The notes under the pieces are model-generated. The model searched no databases, was not told where the DNA came from, and worked only from the letters and a program-made list of their open reading frames with translations. A DNA stretch of 64,000 bases, taken from assembly GCA_951813565.1 (NCBI GenBank), contig OX638351.1, forward strand, positions 544,001-608,000. The letters run 5' to 3'. The position numbers and the translations under genes were made by a program. Source of the DNA: an uncultured Poribacteria bacterium (GTDB taxonomy: Bacteria > Poribacteria > WGA-4E > WGA-3G). Below, in pieces: positions 52,241 to 61,993 of this stretch; the first letter of the stretch is position 1; each line of letters opens with the position of its first letter.

Positions 52241-53218
52241 ATGGATAGACAATTTTTTAAGTTGAGTTTGTGTTTTTTGGTACTACTGCTTATAGTTACT
52301 GGTGGGTGTAAAAAAGAAAGAACAGAAGATGTCGCAAATGCCAAACCTACGATTGAGAAAAAACTTAACGTCGTCGCGACGATTAGTATGATTACCGATA
52401 TTGTCAATAACGTTGGCGGCGATAGGATTGATGTCACTGGGATTATCGGTGAAGGGATTGACCCGCATCTTTATAAACCGACTGCGAGAGATACTAAACG
52501 ACTAACTGAAGCAGATATTATTTTTTACAACGGCTTGCATCTTGAAGTTAGAATTACGGGGACCGTCTTTGATAAAATGAAGGATAAAACGAAAGCTGTC
52601 GCCGTCACGGATGGGATTGATCGTTCACGGCTTCGGATAGCGTCTGAATTTATGGGAGGTTATGACCCGCATGTGTGGCATGATGTGTCGCTCTGGATGA
52701 AGGCAACTGAGAGAGTTCGCGACACATTGGCTCATACAGACCCTATAAATGCCGAATATTATCACGCTAACGCGAAGAATTACTTGGCAATGTTGCAAAC
52801 GCTGCATGAAGATATGCAAAAGCTTGCCGCACAGATACCTGCGAAACGTCGGGTTCTCGTCACGACGCACGATGCGTTTGGCTACCTTGGAAAGGCATAC
52901 GGTTTTGAGGTGCGCGGACTATTAGGTATAAATACAGAAGACGAGGCAGGCATCGCTGATGTTAGAGATCTTGCTGCATTTATTATTGAATATAGAATTC
53001 CGACTATGTTCGTTGATACCTCATCCCCGCGTCGGGGAATCATGTCGGTTCAGGCTGCCGTTCGCGCGAACGGCTACAATGTCAAAATTGGTGGTGGTCT
53101 TTTTGCTGATGCGATGGGAACACCCGGAACTCCTGAAGGGACATATATCGGGATGATGCGTTACAACATTGATACTATTGTAAATTCGCTTCAGACGGAG
53201 TTGGCTTATCAGGAATAA
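52241..53218 (+). CDS. Mn/Zn ABC transporter substrate-binding lipoprotein (TroA/MntA family)
   Basis: Lipobox TGGC, DPHLYKP, NGLHLE, DPHVW, THDAFGY. Confidence 0.93.
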   Translation: MDRQFFKLSLCFLVLLLIVTGGCKKERTEDVANAKPTIEKKLNVVATISMITDIVNNVGGDRIDVTGIIGEGIDPHLYKPTARDTKRLTEADIIFYNGLHLEVRITGTVFDKMKDKTKAVAVTDGIDRSRLRIASEFMGGYDPHVWHDVSLWMKATERVRDTLAHTDPINAEYYHANAKNYLAMLQTLHEDMQKLAAQIPAKRRVLVTTHDAFGYLGKAYGFEVRGLLGINTEDEAGIADVRDLAAFIIEYRIPTMFVDTSSPRRGIMSVQAAVRANGYNVKIGGGLFADAMGTPGTPEGTYIGMMRYNIDTIVNSLQTELAYQE

Positions 53219-53377
53219 TGAGCGTGTGATAGTAGTAGGTTATTGATAACACATCGTTGGCTGTAAGGCGGGGTCTTTGTGCCTCGCCTTTTTGATTTAA
53301 CATACACGTGTTTGAAGTCGTGCAATTCATTGTATTCTTAAACCCGTTACGGCACGCGGAGCGTGCCTGCTACTTTA

Positions 53378-54302
53378 ACCTAAGTTGCTACCTATAAAAT
53401 ACTTCTAAATCCATGGGATTTGCTCTATAATGTTTTTATGAAATAAAACACAAGGAGAAACCCCATGGAATTAACCATTGTAGCAGTTTACACGATTTGT
53501 GACGATCTTTTAATTTCACTCGGTCATCAAACGCATCCACAAGCACAAATGACAGATGCTGAAGTGATGACAACTGCGATTATCGCAGCACAATATTTTG
53601 GAGGAAATCATCAAACCGCTTGCTGTATGTTAAAAATAAATGGATATATCCCAAATATGTTAGGACACTCCCGATACAATCGTAGACTTCATCGGATACC
53701 TCATTTATTTCAAATATTTTTTGAATATCTCGCAGAAATCTCTAAATCTAATAATCCGAATGGTATTTACGCGATTGACACCTATCCTGTTGCCGTGTGT
53801 GATAACATTCGGATTAGTCGGTGTCGTCTCTATCAAGGTGAAAAATGGCGTGGCAAAATCGCAAGTAAACGCCGTCACTTTTATGGTCTCAAAGTGCATC
53901 TAATGGTCACTGAAAGTGGACACATTGTTGAAGTTTTCTTCACCCCTGGCAAGTGGAACGATGTCAGAGGAATGCGATATTTTCCATTTGATTTGCCGCA
54001 AGGTTCTGTGGTGTATGCGGATAAAGCATATTGCAACTATGGTATTGAAGATGCGCTAAAGGAAGTAGGGATTACTTTCAAACCGCTTCGGAAGAAAAAC
54101 CTCAAGCGTCAGTTTCCACCTTGGGAAGTTTATCTGCAACATCTTCACAGAAAACGGGTTGAAGTGACAAATAGTTTGATTACACAACTATTACCGAAGT
54201 CAATACACGCAGTGACTGCGACAGGTTTTGAGTTGAAACTATTTTTGTTTATCATCGCAACGAATATAAGACAAATATATGGTGATAGGTAGCAACTTGG
54301 GT
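53378..54302 (+). mobile_element. IS982-family insertion sequence
   Basis: 18-bp TIR acctaagttgctacctat / ataggtagcaacttgggt; 7-bp TSD TACTTTA. Confidence 0.92.
53465..54292 (+). CDS. IS982-family transposase
   Basis: MTDAEVMT, SRYNRRL, IDTYPV.VC.N.R, FYGLKVH, YADKAY, RKRVE. Confidence 0.93.
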   Translation: MELTIVAVYTICDDLLISLGHQTHPQAQMTDAEVMTTAIIAAQYFGGNHQTACCMLKINGYIPNMLGHSRYNRRLHRIPHLFQIFFEYLAEISKSNNPNGIYAIDTYPVAVCDNIRISRCRLYQGEKWRGKIASKRRHFYGLKVHLMVTESGHIVEVFFTPGKWNDVRGMRYFPFDLPQGSVVYADKAYCNYGIEDALKEVGITFKPLRKKNLKRQFPPWEVYLQHLHRKRVEVTNSLITQLLPKSIHAVTATGFELKLFLFIIATNIRQIYGDR

Positions 54303-54333
54303 TACTTTATAAAGGCAATATCTCTGGTTTTTC

Positions 54334-54385
54334 GTTGACACACTTAAGAAAAATGTTGACACACTTAAGAAAAATAAGATATACT
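54334..54385 (+). promoter_or_regulatory. Promoter with a 21-bp tandem duplication containing the -35
   Basis: gttgacacacttaagaaaaat x2 (54334-54375), then TATACT 54380-54385. Confidence 0.65.
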
Positions 54386-54445
54386 GCATTTATGTAAAGA
54401 GACATTTTCAAGCGAAGCCACTATTATTATGGAGGAATTTTTTTA

Positions 54446-55063
54446 ATGACAACATGGTTTAAACGTAACTGGCAGATTTCATTTATTGGCTCTTTGATTT
54501 TAGCCCTACTCATTATTACTTTTACACAAAAAACTGAATCACAAGATACTGCGGCAACATACGAAATAGACGCAGTGCATTCAGCAGTTATTTTCCGCGC
54601 AAAACACATGGGAGTTACTTATAATTACGGTCGATTCAATGAATTCTCAGGGTCAATTATGATGGACGAAACTGACGTTTCCAAGAGTAAAGTTGAATTA
54701 GAAGTGAAAACTGCAAGCGTTGATACCGCCAACGGAAAACGCGACCAACACCTCAGAAGCCCTGACTTCTTCAATGCCAAGCAATTCCCTGTAATCACAT
54801 TTAAAAGCACAAAGGTGAGTGCAAAGGCAGGACAAGAAAACATGCTGGAGGTAACAGGTGACTTCGCAATGCACGGTGTGCAGAAATCTATTACTGTTGA
54901 TGTTGAAATTACGGGAAAAGGAAAATCCCCGCAAGGTGGAGAATTAATCGGATTTGAAACAACGTTTGTAATTAAACGGAGCGAATTCGGTATGAATTAC
55001 GGCATGCAAGGCGTTAGTGACGACATCCGCATTACAGTAAGTATTGAAGCAGGAAAAAAATAG
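54446..55063 (+). CDS. yceI: YceI family polyisoprenoid-binding protein
   Basis: YEIDAVHS.V.F..KH, GRF, RDQHLRSPDFF..QFP.ITF, KRSEFGM. Confidence 0.92.
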   Translation: MTTWFKRNWQISFIGSLILALLIITFTQKTESQDTAATYEIDAVHSAVIFRAKHMGVTYNYGRFNEFSGSIMMDETDVSKSKVELEVKTASVDTANGKRDQHLRSPDFFNAKQFPVITFKSTKVSAKAGQENMLEVTGDFAMHGVQKSITVDVEITGKGKSPQGGELIGFETTFVIKRSEFGMNYGMQGVSDDIRITVSIEAGKK

Positions 55064-55110
55064 ACATCACAGAAAATGATAAGTCCAAATATAAAGCGGG
55101 GGCTTAAGCA

Positions 55111-56007
55111 GTGCTAACTTTGAGTCAGTTGTTTTTCAGTTTGCTTTTGCCTGCTATTGTCTGTGGAGGGATTTATACTGTCGTAGTATACATAAGGGCA
55201 CACGATGGAGAAAAAACTTCTCTGCTCTGGTTAACTGCCGTTGCTATCGGAATAGGATACATCGTCGGTTACCTCGGCATAGAAAGAAAACTAACCTTTT
55301 TACCAATAGAAAGTATACATTGGCTTTTCTACTTCACGCTTTTTGCACTTTTCAGCAGTACTTATTGGGACTTTTCCGGTTGGCGACGATTGATATCACA
55401 ACTCATCTATTCGGTTGCTTTACCACGTATACTATTAAATTCATACTTTCAGTATACTTGGGGCACACTTGAAGGTATCATCTGGTGGGCCTGTTTAAGT
55501 ATTGGAATTTTTATTTTTTGGAATATAGTTAAACAGAGTTTTTCTGCGATACCATCATCTAATACCTCCATCCCGTTTGTCTATTTTGGGATTTCAGGCG
55601 GAACTGCTTTGATTATCGCACTTTCGGGGAGTGTGCGAATTGCACAACATGCTGGAACATTAACGGTTCTTTTCGCAGCAATCTGGATTATTACTATTGT
55701 TCTGCAACGCAACCTGAAATCCGATAGCAACTCACACGTTTTCTCGATCAGTGCTTCCCCGGTAGTAACTTTTCTTTTTATTGGTATCTGGATGAATGGG
55801 TATTTTTACGCGGAGGCACCATCGGTCAGTATTATTCTATTAGCAATTTCGCCTTTCTTGGCACAGGTCAGACAGATACAAGCAATTCAGAAGTTAGGAG
55901 ATCGAAAATCAATATTTGTACAAGTTGGACTCATAGCACTATGTGTAAGTATAGCCATAATTATTGCAGTGGTCCGCTCAGGTTTTTTCGGTGAAGAGGC
56001 ATATTAA
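55111..56007 (+). CDS. Hypothetical integral membrane protein
   Basis: 298 aa, about 9-10 hydrophobic segments. Confidence 0.7.
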   Translation: MLTLSQLFFSLLLPAIVCGGIYTVVVYIRAHDGEKTSLLWLTAVAIGIGYIVGYLGIERKLTFLPIESIHWLFYFTLFALFSSTYWDFSGWRRLISQLIYSVALPRILLNSYFQYTWGTLEGIIWWACLSIGIFIFWNIVKQSFSAIPSSNTSIPFVYFGISGGTALIIALSGSVRIAQHAGTLTVLFAAIWIITIVLQRNLKSDSNSHVFSISASPVVTFLFIGIWMNGYFYAEAPSVSIILLAISPFLAQVRQIQAIQKLGDRKSIFVQVGLIALCVSIAIIIAVVRSGFFGEEAY

Positions 56008-56031
56008 ACATACAATCGGAGGAAAATCAGA

Positions 56032-59000
56032 ATGCAACTCAAGCATCACAATATTTCAGGTAGAAATAAGCAATTTCTTGTCGCTTCATATACCATCACC
56101 TTAATCCTTGCAGCTATGCTCTTTATAAACGGTTGTGTTAAGATGGAAGCGACTCGTAAAGCGGATTGGGAGACAAACTTCACCGACCTACATTTTGTTA
56201 ACGCAAAACAGGGATGGATTGTTGGACTTGAAGGCTTAATTATCCATACAGCAGATGGTGGGAAAACGTGGCAGAAGCAGGAAGTAAATACTAAAGGCGA
56301 TTTCAAGGCGGTCTATTTTGCTAACAACCGATACGGATGGGCAGTTGGTGATAAAGGTTTAATTGCCACAACCGATGATAGTGGTAGACACTGGTACTTG
56401 CAAAAAAGTGGTACTTTAGCAATGCTGCGTGATGTCTATTTTGCTAATGCCAAAGAAGGGTGGATTGTTGGTGAAGATACTGATGTTCTCTATACAAAAA
56501 ACGGTGGTAAATCATGGAATCGGTATGAACATGTAAGTGAATTTCCTCTTAACGGCGTTTGGTTTGTAGACGATGACAGAGGATGGGCAGTCGGAACGTA
56601 TGATAGGATTTTTCATACCAAAACCAGTGGTGAATCGTGGCAGGAACAGAGTAATCGCTTTGAAGGTGAACGCGACCGAATGATTAACGACAACAAGCAG
56701 GTTTTCTTTATCAGCGATAACGAAGGTTGGATTGCTGGGAGTGATGGTTCAATTTTCCATACAACAACCGGCGGCGTAAATTGGGAACGTCAAGATAGCC
56801 GTATTCCACTAATTAATGGACACGTCCGTGATACAATTAATAGTATCCATTTTGCAGATGAAAACTACGGAATTGCCGTAGCAGATGTCGGTTTCATCAC
56901 CCGAACAGAAGATGGCGGCGATAATTGGCAACTGATGGAGAGCGGCACGGAAAATAATTTGACCGGTGTCCAATTCACTACTCGGAAAGAGGCTTGGGCA
57001 ATCGGATGGTCGGGCACTATTATGCGCACGATAAATGCTGGCACAACATGGGAGATGGTTAGCGGCACGACAGCCAACGACTTGCAAAATGTGCAGTTTA
57101 CTGATGCTAACCGTGCCATCGCAGTCGGCAAGCGTGGGACGATGGCTATAACCAACGACGGTGGACAAACTTGGAACGAACTGGACACAGATATCTGGGA
57201 CGGAATTTGGAACATATATTTTGCGACTGACAAGCACGGATGGGCGGTTGGTGAACGCGGACTTATCGTTCATACAAATGATGCCGGTGCCAACTGGGAA
57301 CAGCAGCGCGCTCCTTCAGCATTTACACTTCGCTCTGTCTATTTTATTAACGCCAAAGTAGGGTGGATTGTCGGAGACCTCGGCACAATCTTACACACAA
57401 TTGATGGCGGAAAAAGTTGGCTCCCACAAATCCCTATCGGCGATTTCCACTCACTCATGCTAAAAGGTATATATTTTCTTGATGAAAAGACTGGGTGGGC
57501 AATCGGATGGCCGGGTATCTGTATAGCGACACAAGATGGCGGTTTGACATGGAAGCAGCAGTCTACAGATACCTTCAACGAACTTTACGGTGTTTATTTC
57601 GTTGATGAAAACATCGGATGGATTGTCGGGCAGTTTGGTGAGATTTTACATACTAAAGATGGTGGAAAGAATTGGAATGTGCAACGTAGCGGAACACAAG
57701 AGAATTTAAATAAACTTTATTTTGCTGATGCACAACACGGCTTAATCGTGGGCGATAATGGCGTTATGCTTACTACTATCAACGGCGGAAAAAAATGGGA
57801 ACTCCAAGAAAGCGGCACCGAAAATGATCTCTACGGATTGGCACTTTCACCCGATGGTGTTGTCGCTGTCGGTAAAGGTGGGATTGCGATGCGTTACTCA
57901 GTTGAAAATGCTCAGCTTCCTGCAAAACTACCGCCTGTTGCTGAAGAGCCAGAGGTCGTAGTTGTTGAAGAGGAGGCACCCGTTGAACCTGTCGTCTATC
58001 ATTGGGATATTATCCGTCAGGCAACATGGCGAACAGATTTTGCTGACACGCATTTTGTGGATACCGAAAACGGATGGGCAGTTGGCTCCGGTGGGGCAAT
58101 TGCGCGTACAACAGATGGCGGAAAAACATGGCTTCCACAACATAGCGGCGTAGATGAGAACTTGCGAAAAGTTGAATTTACAGACGAAAAACATGGACGA
58201 ATTCTTGGGGCAAACGTCCTACTTCAAACAGAAAATGGTGGTGAAACGTGGCAACCTATTGTTAGAACAACGCGTCAAAACCTACCACGTATCAGTATGA
58301 TGCAGTTCATAAATGAGAACGAAGGATGGCTTGGTGCATCAATTGGACAAATCTTGCACACAACAGATGGCGGGAAAACGTGGAAAGTCCAGAAAACTGG
58401 CACAACAAATGCAAGCATCACAGACCTTCACTTTATCAATAATCAGGAAGGTTGGGCAGTTGCCCCGCAGCGTCGAGATGGTGGATTCATTCTACACACC
58501 GTCGACGGTGGCAATTATTGGCAAATTCAGTCAAAGACCAATCAGCCGGGTATTGCAGTCCATTTTGATGACGAAAAACAGGGTTGGGTTATTCTGGGTA
58601 ACGGGAACTCTCTGCTCACTGAAGATGGCGGCGAAACATGGAAACTGCAAGCCACAACACAAAGCCCGCGCGGTTTAAGACGTATTACCTTCCGTTCACA
58701 TACACATGCGTGGGGAATTGGTGGTGGCGGTGCGTACATCACTGAAGATCAAGGTGTAAATTGGCAACCTGTTCCTGTTTCAACAGGAGACAATATGTTC
58801 GCAATGCAGCAACCTCCACCTGAAACACCTGAAGAATCCGAGAAAGAAGGGACGGAGAATGGAAAAGAAAGTACACAACCTGCTGAGGAATCGCTCGTTG
58901 ATATTTTCCAAAGACAATTCAGTCAGGAAAGACAACGTGCTGGTCGTTTTGCTCCTGAAGGCACATTACCACCTAATGCTGAGCAAGCGAGTCCTGCTCC

Positions 59001-60075
59001 AACAAGACAACAACCGCCTCCACCACCTGAACCGAGAAGACGTTTTGGCCGTGGTGGCAGTGGGATCGCCAGTGTGTACTTCCTTGACGCACAGCATGCA
59101 TGGGCAGTTGGAAGTGCAGGTAGTATTTATCGCACTACAGACGGCGGGGAAACTTGGGAACGTCAACTCGGTGAACAGGAACGTAATGATTTCCGAGAAG
59201 TTCTCTTCTATAACGACAAAATCGGTTGGATAGCGAATAACGATGGAACATTATTGGAAACACAAGATGCAGGACAAACATGGGAAAAACTGGCAATTCA
59301 TACCCGTCAACGCCTCATCGGTATTCATTTCGCCAGCCTTGAACCGAAATGGGGTTGGACAATGCGAAGAGACGGCACAGTCCTCTATACGACTGATGGT
59401 AATACGTGGACTGCAGGCGACACACCTGAGCGACCACCTTTCTTTGAAGGGGATTCTCCCGGTAGGTTCTCAATGAGTGATGTTGACTTCGGTAAGTTCT
59501 CTGAAGGTTGGGCAGTTGGTAGATTCGGAGACATCATTCACAACAAAGATGGTGGTCCCACGTGGACACTCCAGCGCACCACGACAAACGACCCACTCAT
59601 GAGTGTAGATATGAAGTTTTCCCCTCTTGGTTGGGCAGTTGGTCAAAGCGGAACTATCCAGCGGACCATTAACGGTGGCGATTATTGGCGCATGCACGAA
59701 TCCAATACGGTTTATAACCTAAATTCGGTTTCATTTATTACGAAACGTATAGGATGGGCAGTAGGACAAGGCGGTCTTGTCGTAAAAACAGTAGATGGTG
59801 GGTTTACTTGGCAACCTAAATTGACCGGTATTACCAAAACGTTACATGGAATCATCGCGCTTTCTGAACAAGAACTCTACGCAGTTGGTGAAGAAGGGAC
59901 AATTATCCGCTCTACCGATGGTGGGGAAACATGGGAACAAGAACATACCGATATTGACAACAATCTGTATGTGATAACCCGTGCGAAAAATGGGAAAACA
60001 CTCTGGGTTGTCGGTCAGTGGGGGGTGATTCTCCGCCGCAAAGTAGAGACTCCCTTGCAAGCTTCAGCGCGGTAA
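56032..60075 (+). CDS. Giant YCF48/BNR-repeat multi-beta-propeller lipoprotein
   Basis: Lipobox INGC; more than 20 repeats of F.....GW.VG..G.I.HT.DGG..W. Confidence 0.9.
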   Translation: MQLKHHNISGRNKQFLVASYTITLILAAMLFINGCVKMEATRKADWETNFTDLHFVNAKQGWIVGLEGLIIHTADGGKTWQKQEVNTKGDFKAVYFANNRYGWAVGDKGLIATTDDSGRHWYLQKSGTLAMLRDVYFANAKEGWIVGEDTDVLYTKNGGKSWNRYEHVSEFPLNGVWFVDDDRGWAVGTYDRIFHTKTSGESWQEQSNRFEGERDRMINDNKQVFFISDNEGWIAGSDGSIFHTTTGGVNWERQDSRIPLINGHVRDTINSIHFADENYGIAVADVGFITRTEDGGDNWQLMESGTENNLTGVQFTTRKEAWAIGWSGTIMRTINAGTTWEMVSGTTANDLQNVQFTDANRAIAVGKRGTMAITNDGGQTWNELDTDIWDGIWNIYFATDKHGWAVGERGLIVHTNDAGANWEQQRAPSAFTLRSVYFINAKVGWIVGDLGTILHTIDGGKSWLPQIPIGDFHSLMLKGIYFLDEKTGWAIGWPGICIATQDGGLTWKQQSTDTFNELYGVYFVDENIGWIVGQFGEILHTKDGGKNWNVQRSGTQENLNKLYFADAQHGLIVGDNGVMLTTINGGKKWELQESGTENDLYGLALSPDGVVAVGKGGIAMRYSVENAQLPAKLPPVAEEPEVVVVEEEAPVEPVVYHWDIIRQATWRTDFADTHFVDTENGWAVGSGGAIARTTDGGKTWLPQHSGVDENLRKVEFTDEKHGRILGANVLLQTENGGETWQPIVRTTRQNLPRISMMQFINENEGWLGASIGQILHTTDGGKTWKVQKTGTTNASITDLHFINNQEGWAVAPQRRDGGFILHTVDGGNYWQIQSKTNQPGIAVHFDDEKQGWVILGNGNSLLTEDGGETWKLQATTQSPRGLRRITFRSHTHAWGIGGGGAYITEDQGVNWQPVPVSTGDNMFAMQQPPPETPEESEKEGTENGKESTQPAEESLVDIFQRQFSQERQRAGRFAPEGTLPPNAEQASPAPTRQQPPPPPEPRRRFGRGGSGIASVYFLDAQHAWAVGSAGSIYRTTDGGETWERQLGEQERNDFREVLFYNDKIGWIANNDGTLLETQDAGQTWEKLAIHTRQRLIGIHFASLEPKWGWTMRRDGTVLYTTDGNTWTAGDTPERPPFFEGDSPGRFSMSDVDFGKFSEGWAVGRFGDIIHNKDGGPTWTLQRTTTNDPLMSVDMKFSPLGWAVGQSGTIQRTINGGDYWRMHESNTVYNLNSVSFITKRIGWAVGQGGLVVKTVDGGFTWQPKLTGITKTLHGIIALSEQELYAVGEEGTIIRSTDGGETWEQEHTDIDNNLYVITRAKNGKTLWVVGQWGVILRRKVETPLQASAR

Positions 60076-60137
60076 GATGTTTTGTGTCGTAACTACCATA
60101 CAGTCTGAGAAAAAAATATTCATGTACGGATTTTAAT

Positions 60138-60338
60138 ATGTTCAAGAATATTATTTTATGCCTAATTTTGTTAATTTTAATATTTTTAAATGGATGTGGT
60201 ACTATATCCAAGATTTTATCGGAAGGTTATGAAGTTGATGATTTTAATCAAACTCGGTGGGGATATACTCAAGAAATGGTTGAGATTGCAGAATTAAAAC
60301 AAGATAGTAAGCTTTATTTAAGGGAGGGGTGTGCATAA
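60138..60338 (+). pseudogene. Lipoprotein gene truncated by a MITE
   Basis: Lipobox LNGC, F..TRWG motif; stop codon lies within the MITE TIR. Confidence 0.55.
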
Positions 60339-60581
60339 ATAATTCCGATGTTAAATATGCGCTTAAAGGTAGTCAGCACACGGCGTATGCCGTCTACAAG
60401 TTCAAAGAGGCGCAGCATGCCACACGGGGAATGCCATAAGGCATTCGGACCGTTGATTTGGCGCATGCTGCGTTGATTTGGCAATGAATTGCGCGACTAC
60501 AAACGCATTTCTATAAATCAAGCGGCACCTGGCGCTTGTCCCTGTCTGTGTTGATGCGTCAAATATTTATGCACACCCCTC
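60324..60581. mobile_element. MITE with nested REPs and micro-elements
   Basis: Perfect 18-bp TIR gaggggtgtgcataaata / tatttatgcacacccctc. Confidence 0.78.
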
Positions 60582-60609
60582 AATTAAGTGGACATTTATT
60601 AGCATTTGC

Positions 60610-60745
60610 GGCGTTTGTAGTCACGCAATTCATTGCGCTCGGACATTGACCGGTAGGCGGTGAATGCCTAAAGACGAATGCGCTTTTGGCATTCGCCATG
60701 ATTCATACCGTTGATTTCTTGATTTGGAGGTTTCCTAACCTCGCT
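60610..60745. repeat. REP cluster with nested micro-elements
   Basis: gtagtcacgcaattcattgcg; gtaggc[insert ending ttgatttg]gaggtttcctaacctcgc. Confidence 0.6.
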
Positions 60746-60819
60746 GGTGCAAGGTGTTCAAGTAATTCCAAAATCTACTATAACCTGCACTTTAGTTAGA
60801 ACGTCAACACTATTTGTGA

Positions 60820-61875
60820 TTACTGAATTTCAATGGCGCGGCGTTCTGTTGTAGCTCTCCGTGCGGCATCAATAATTGCAAGATTATGGTATGCTTTCTC
60901 AGCACTAATAGGTAATGCTCTGTCCTCAGCAAGAGCATCAAAAGTAGCCGTAAAATAACTCGCGTGTCCACTGGCATCTTTGAGTCCTTCTTCGTCAAGG
61001 TCTGGAAGTTCCACTGGTTTCCATCCTTCTGCTCTGGTAAAACGGCGCAGTGCCTCGCGAACATTGTAACGATGCTTAACACGCAGCGATCCGTTCTCAG
61101 CATGCACTTCACACCAACCGAAATCATCAGCAGGAACACTCCACGCACCAGAGACAGTGGTGATAGCACCATTTTCATGTTCACATAATAGCATAGCAAA
61201 ATCGTCAACATCAATGTCAAGAACCATCGTTCGCACACGTGCCTCAACATAACGAACAGGGGATTGCACTAAGGTACAGACAGAATAAATTTCGTGATAA
61301 CTTGTATCGCTTATACAACCGCCCCCTTTTGCCTTACTTGCACGCCATGCAAACGCTGGATTCGGATGATTAGCATTAAAATCAGTTGATCTTAATCCCA
61401 TCCCTGTGCTTCGTCCGAAATAGGTTTTGCCGATTTCGGGCAGTTGTGCAATTGCCGCTTGCATCCCAGCAGTATAGAGGTAGTTATGCACAATGGTGTA
61501 AGGCACATTGTTATCGTTGACTGCCTCCACAATTTTATCTGCTTCTTCAAGGCTTGTCGCCATTGGTTTTTCGGAGATAATCGCCACTCCCGCACTTGCG
61601 GACTCTATCACCTGTTCTGCGTGAAGTGAATGTGGTGTAGCAATGGTTACAACGTCAATGTTGCCTTTCGCTAACATCTCACGGTAATCTGTATATCGGT
61701 TTTGTGTTGGCACATCAAATTGATCGCCGACCTTTTGAAGGTTTTCTGGAACAACATCTGCGAGGGCAGATATCTTGATGGTTTCTGTTTCTGAAAGAGC
61801 GAGGTAAGCACGCGCATGTGTTTTTTGGACTATGCCGCCACAGCCTATAAGCCCTAAACGTATCGGTTTTTGCAT
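60820..61875 (-). CDS. Gfo/Idh/MocA family oxidoreductase
   Basis: IGCGGI, IATPHSLH, SEKPMA, GGGCISD..H. Confidence 0.92.
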   Translation of the reverse strand: MQKPIRLGLIGCGGIVQKTHARAYLALSETETIKISALADVVPENLQKVGDQFDVPTQNRYTDYREMLAKGNIDVVTIATPHSLHAEQVIESASAGVAIISEKPMATSLEEADKIVEAVNDNNVPYTIVHNYLYTAGMQAAIAQLPEIGKTYFGRSTGMGLRSTDFNANHPNPAFAWRASKAKGGGCISDTSYHEIYSVCTLVQSPVRYVEARVRTMVLDIDVDDFAMLLCEHENGAITTVSGAWSVPADDFGWCEVHAENGSLRVKHRYNVREALRRFTRAEGWKPVELPDLDEEGLKDASGHASYFTATFDALAEDRALPISAEKAYHNLAIIDAARRATTERRAIEIQ

Positions 61876-61993
61876 CGCATTTCTCCTTTTTTAGAGTTTA
61901 CCACATTTCACTTTTATGTCAAACAATTTTGTAACACCCGATTTGAAAATATGCTATAATGGTCGCATATATCTAACAGAAAAGGAACTACGC

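Noticed and set aside
50786..54302. Composite transposon carrying the metal-binding protein
   Set aside because: The flanking ISs belong to different families, and IS982 has its own TSD, indicating independent insertion
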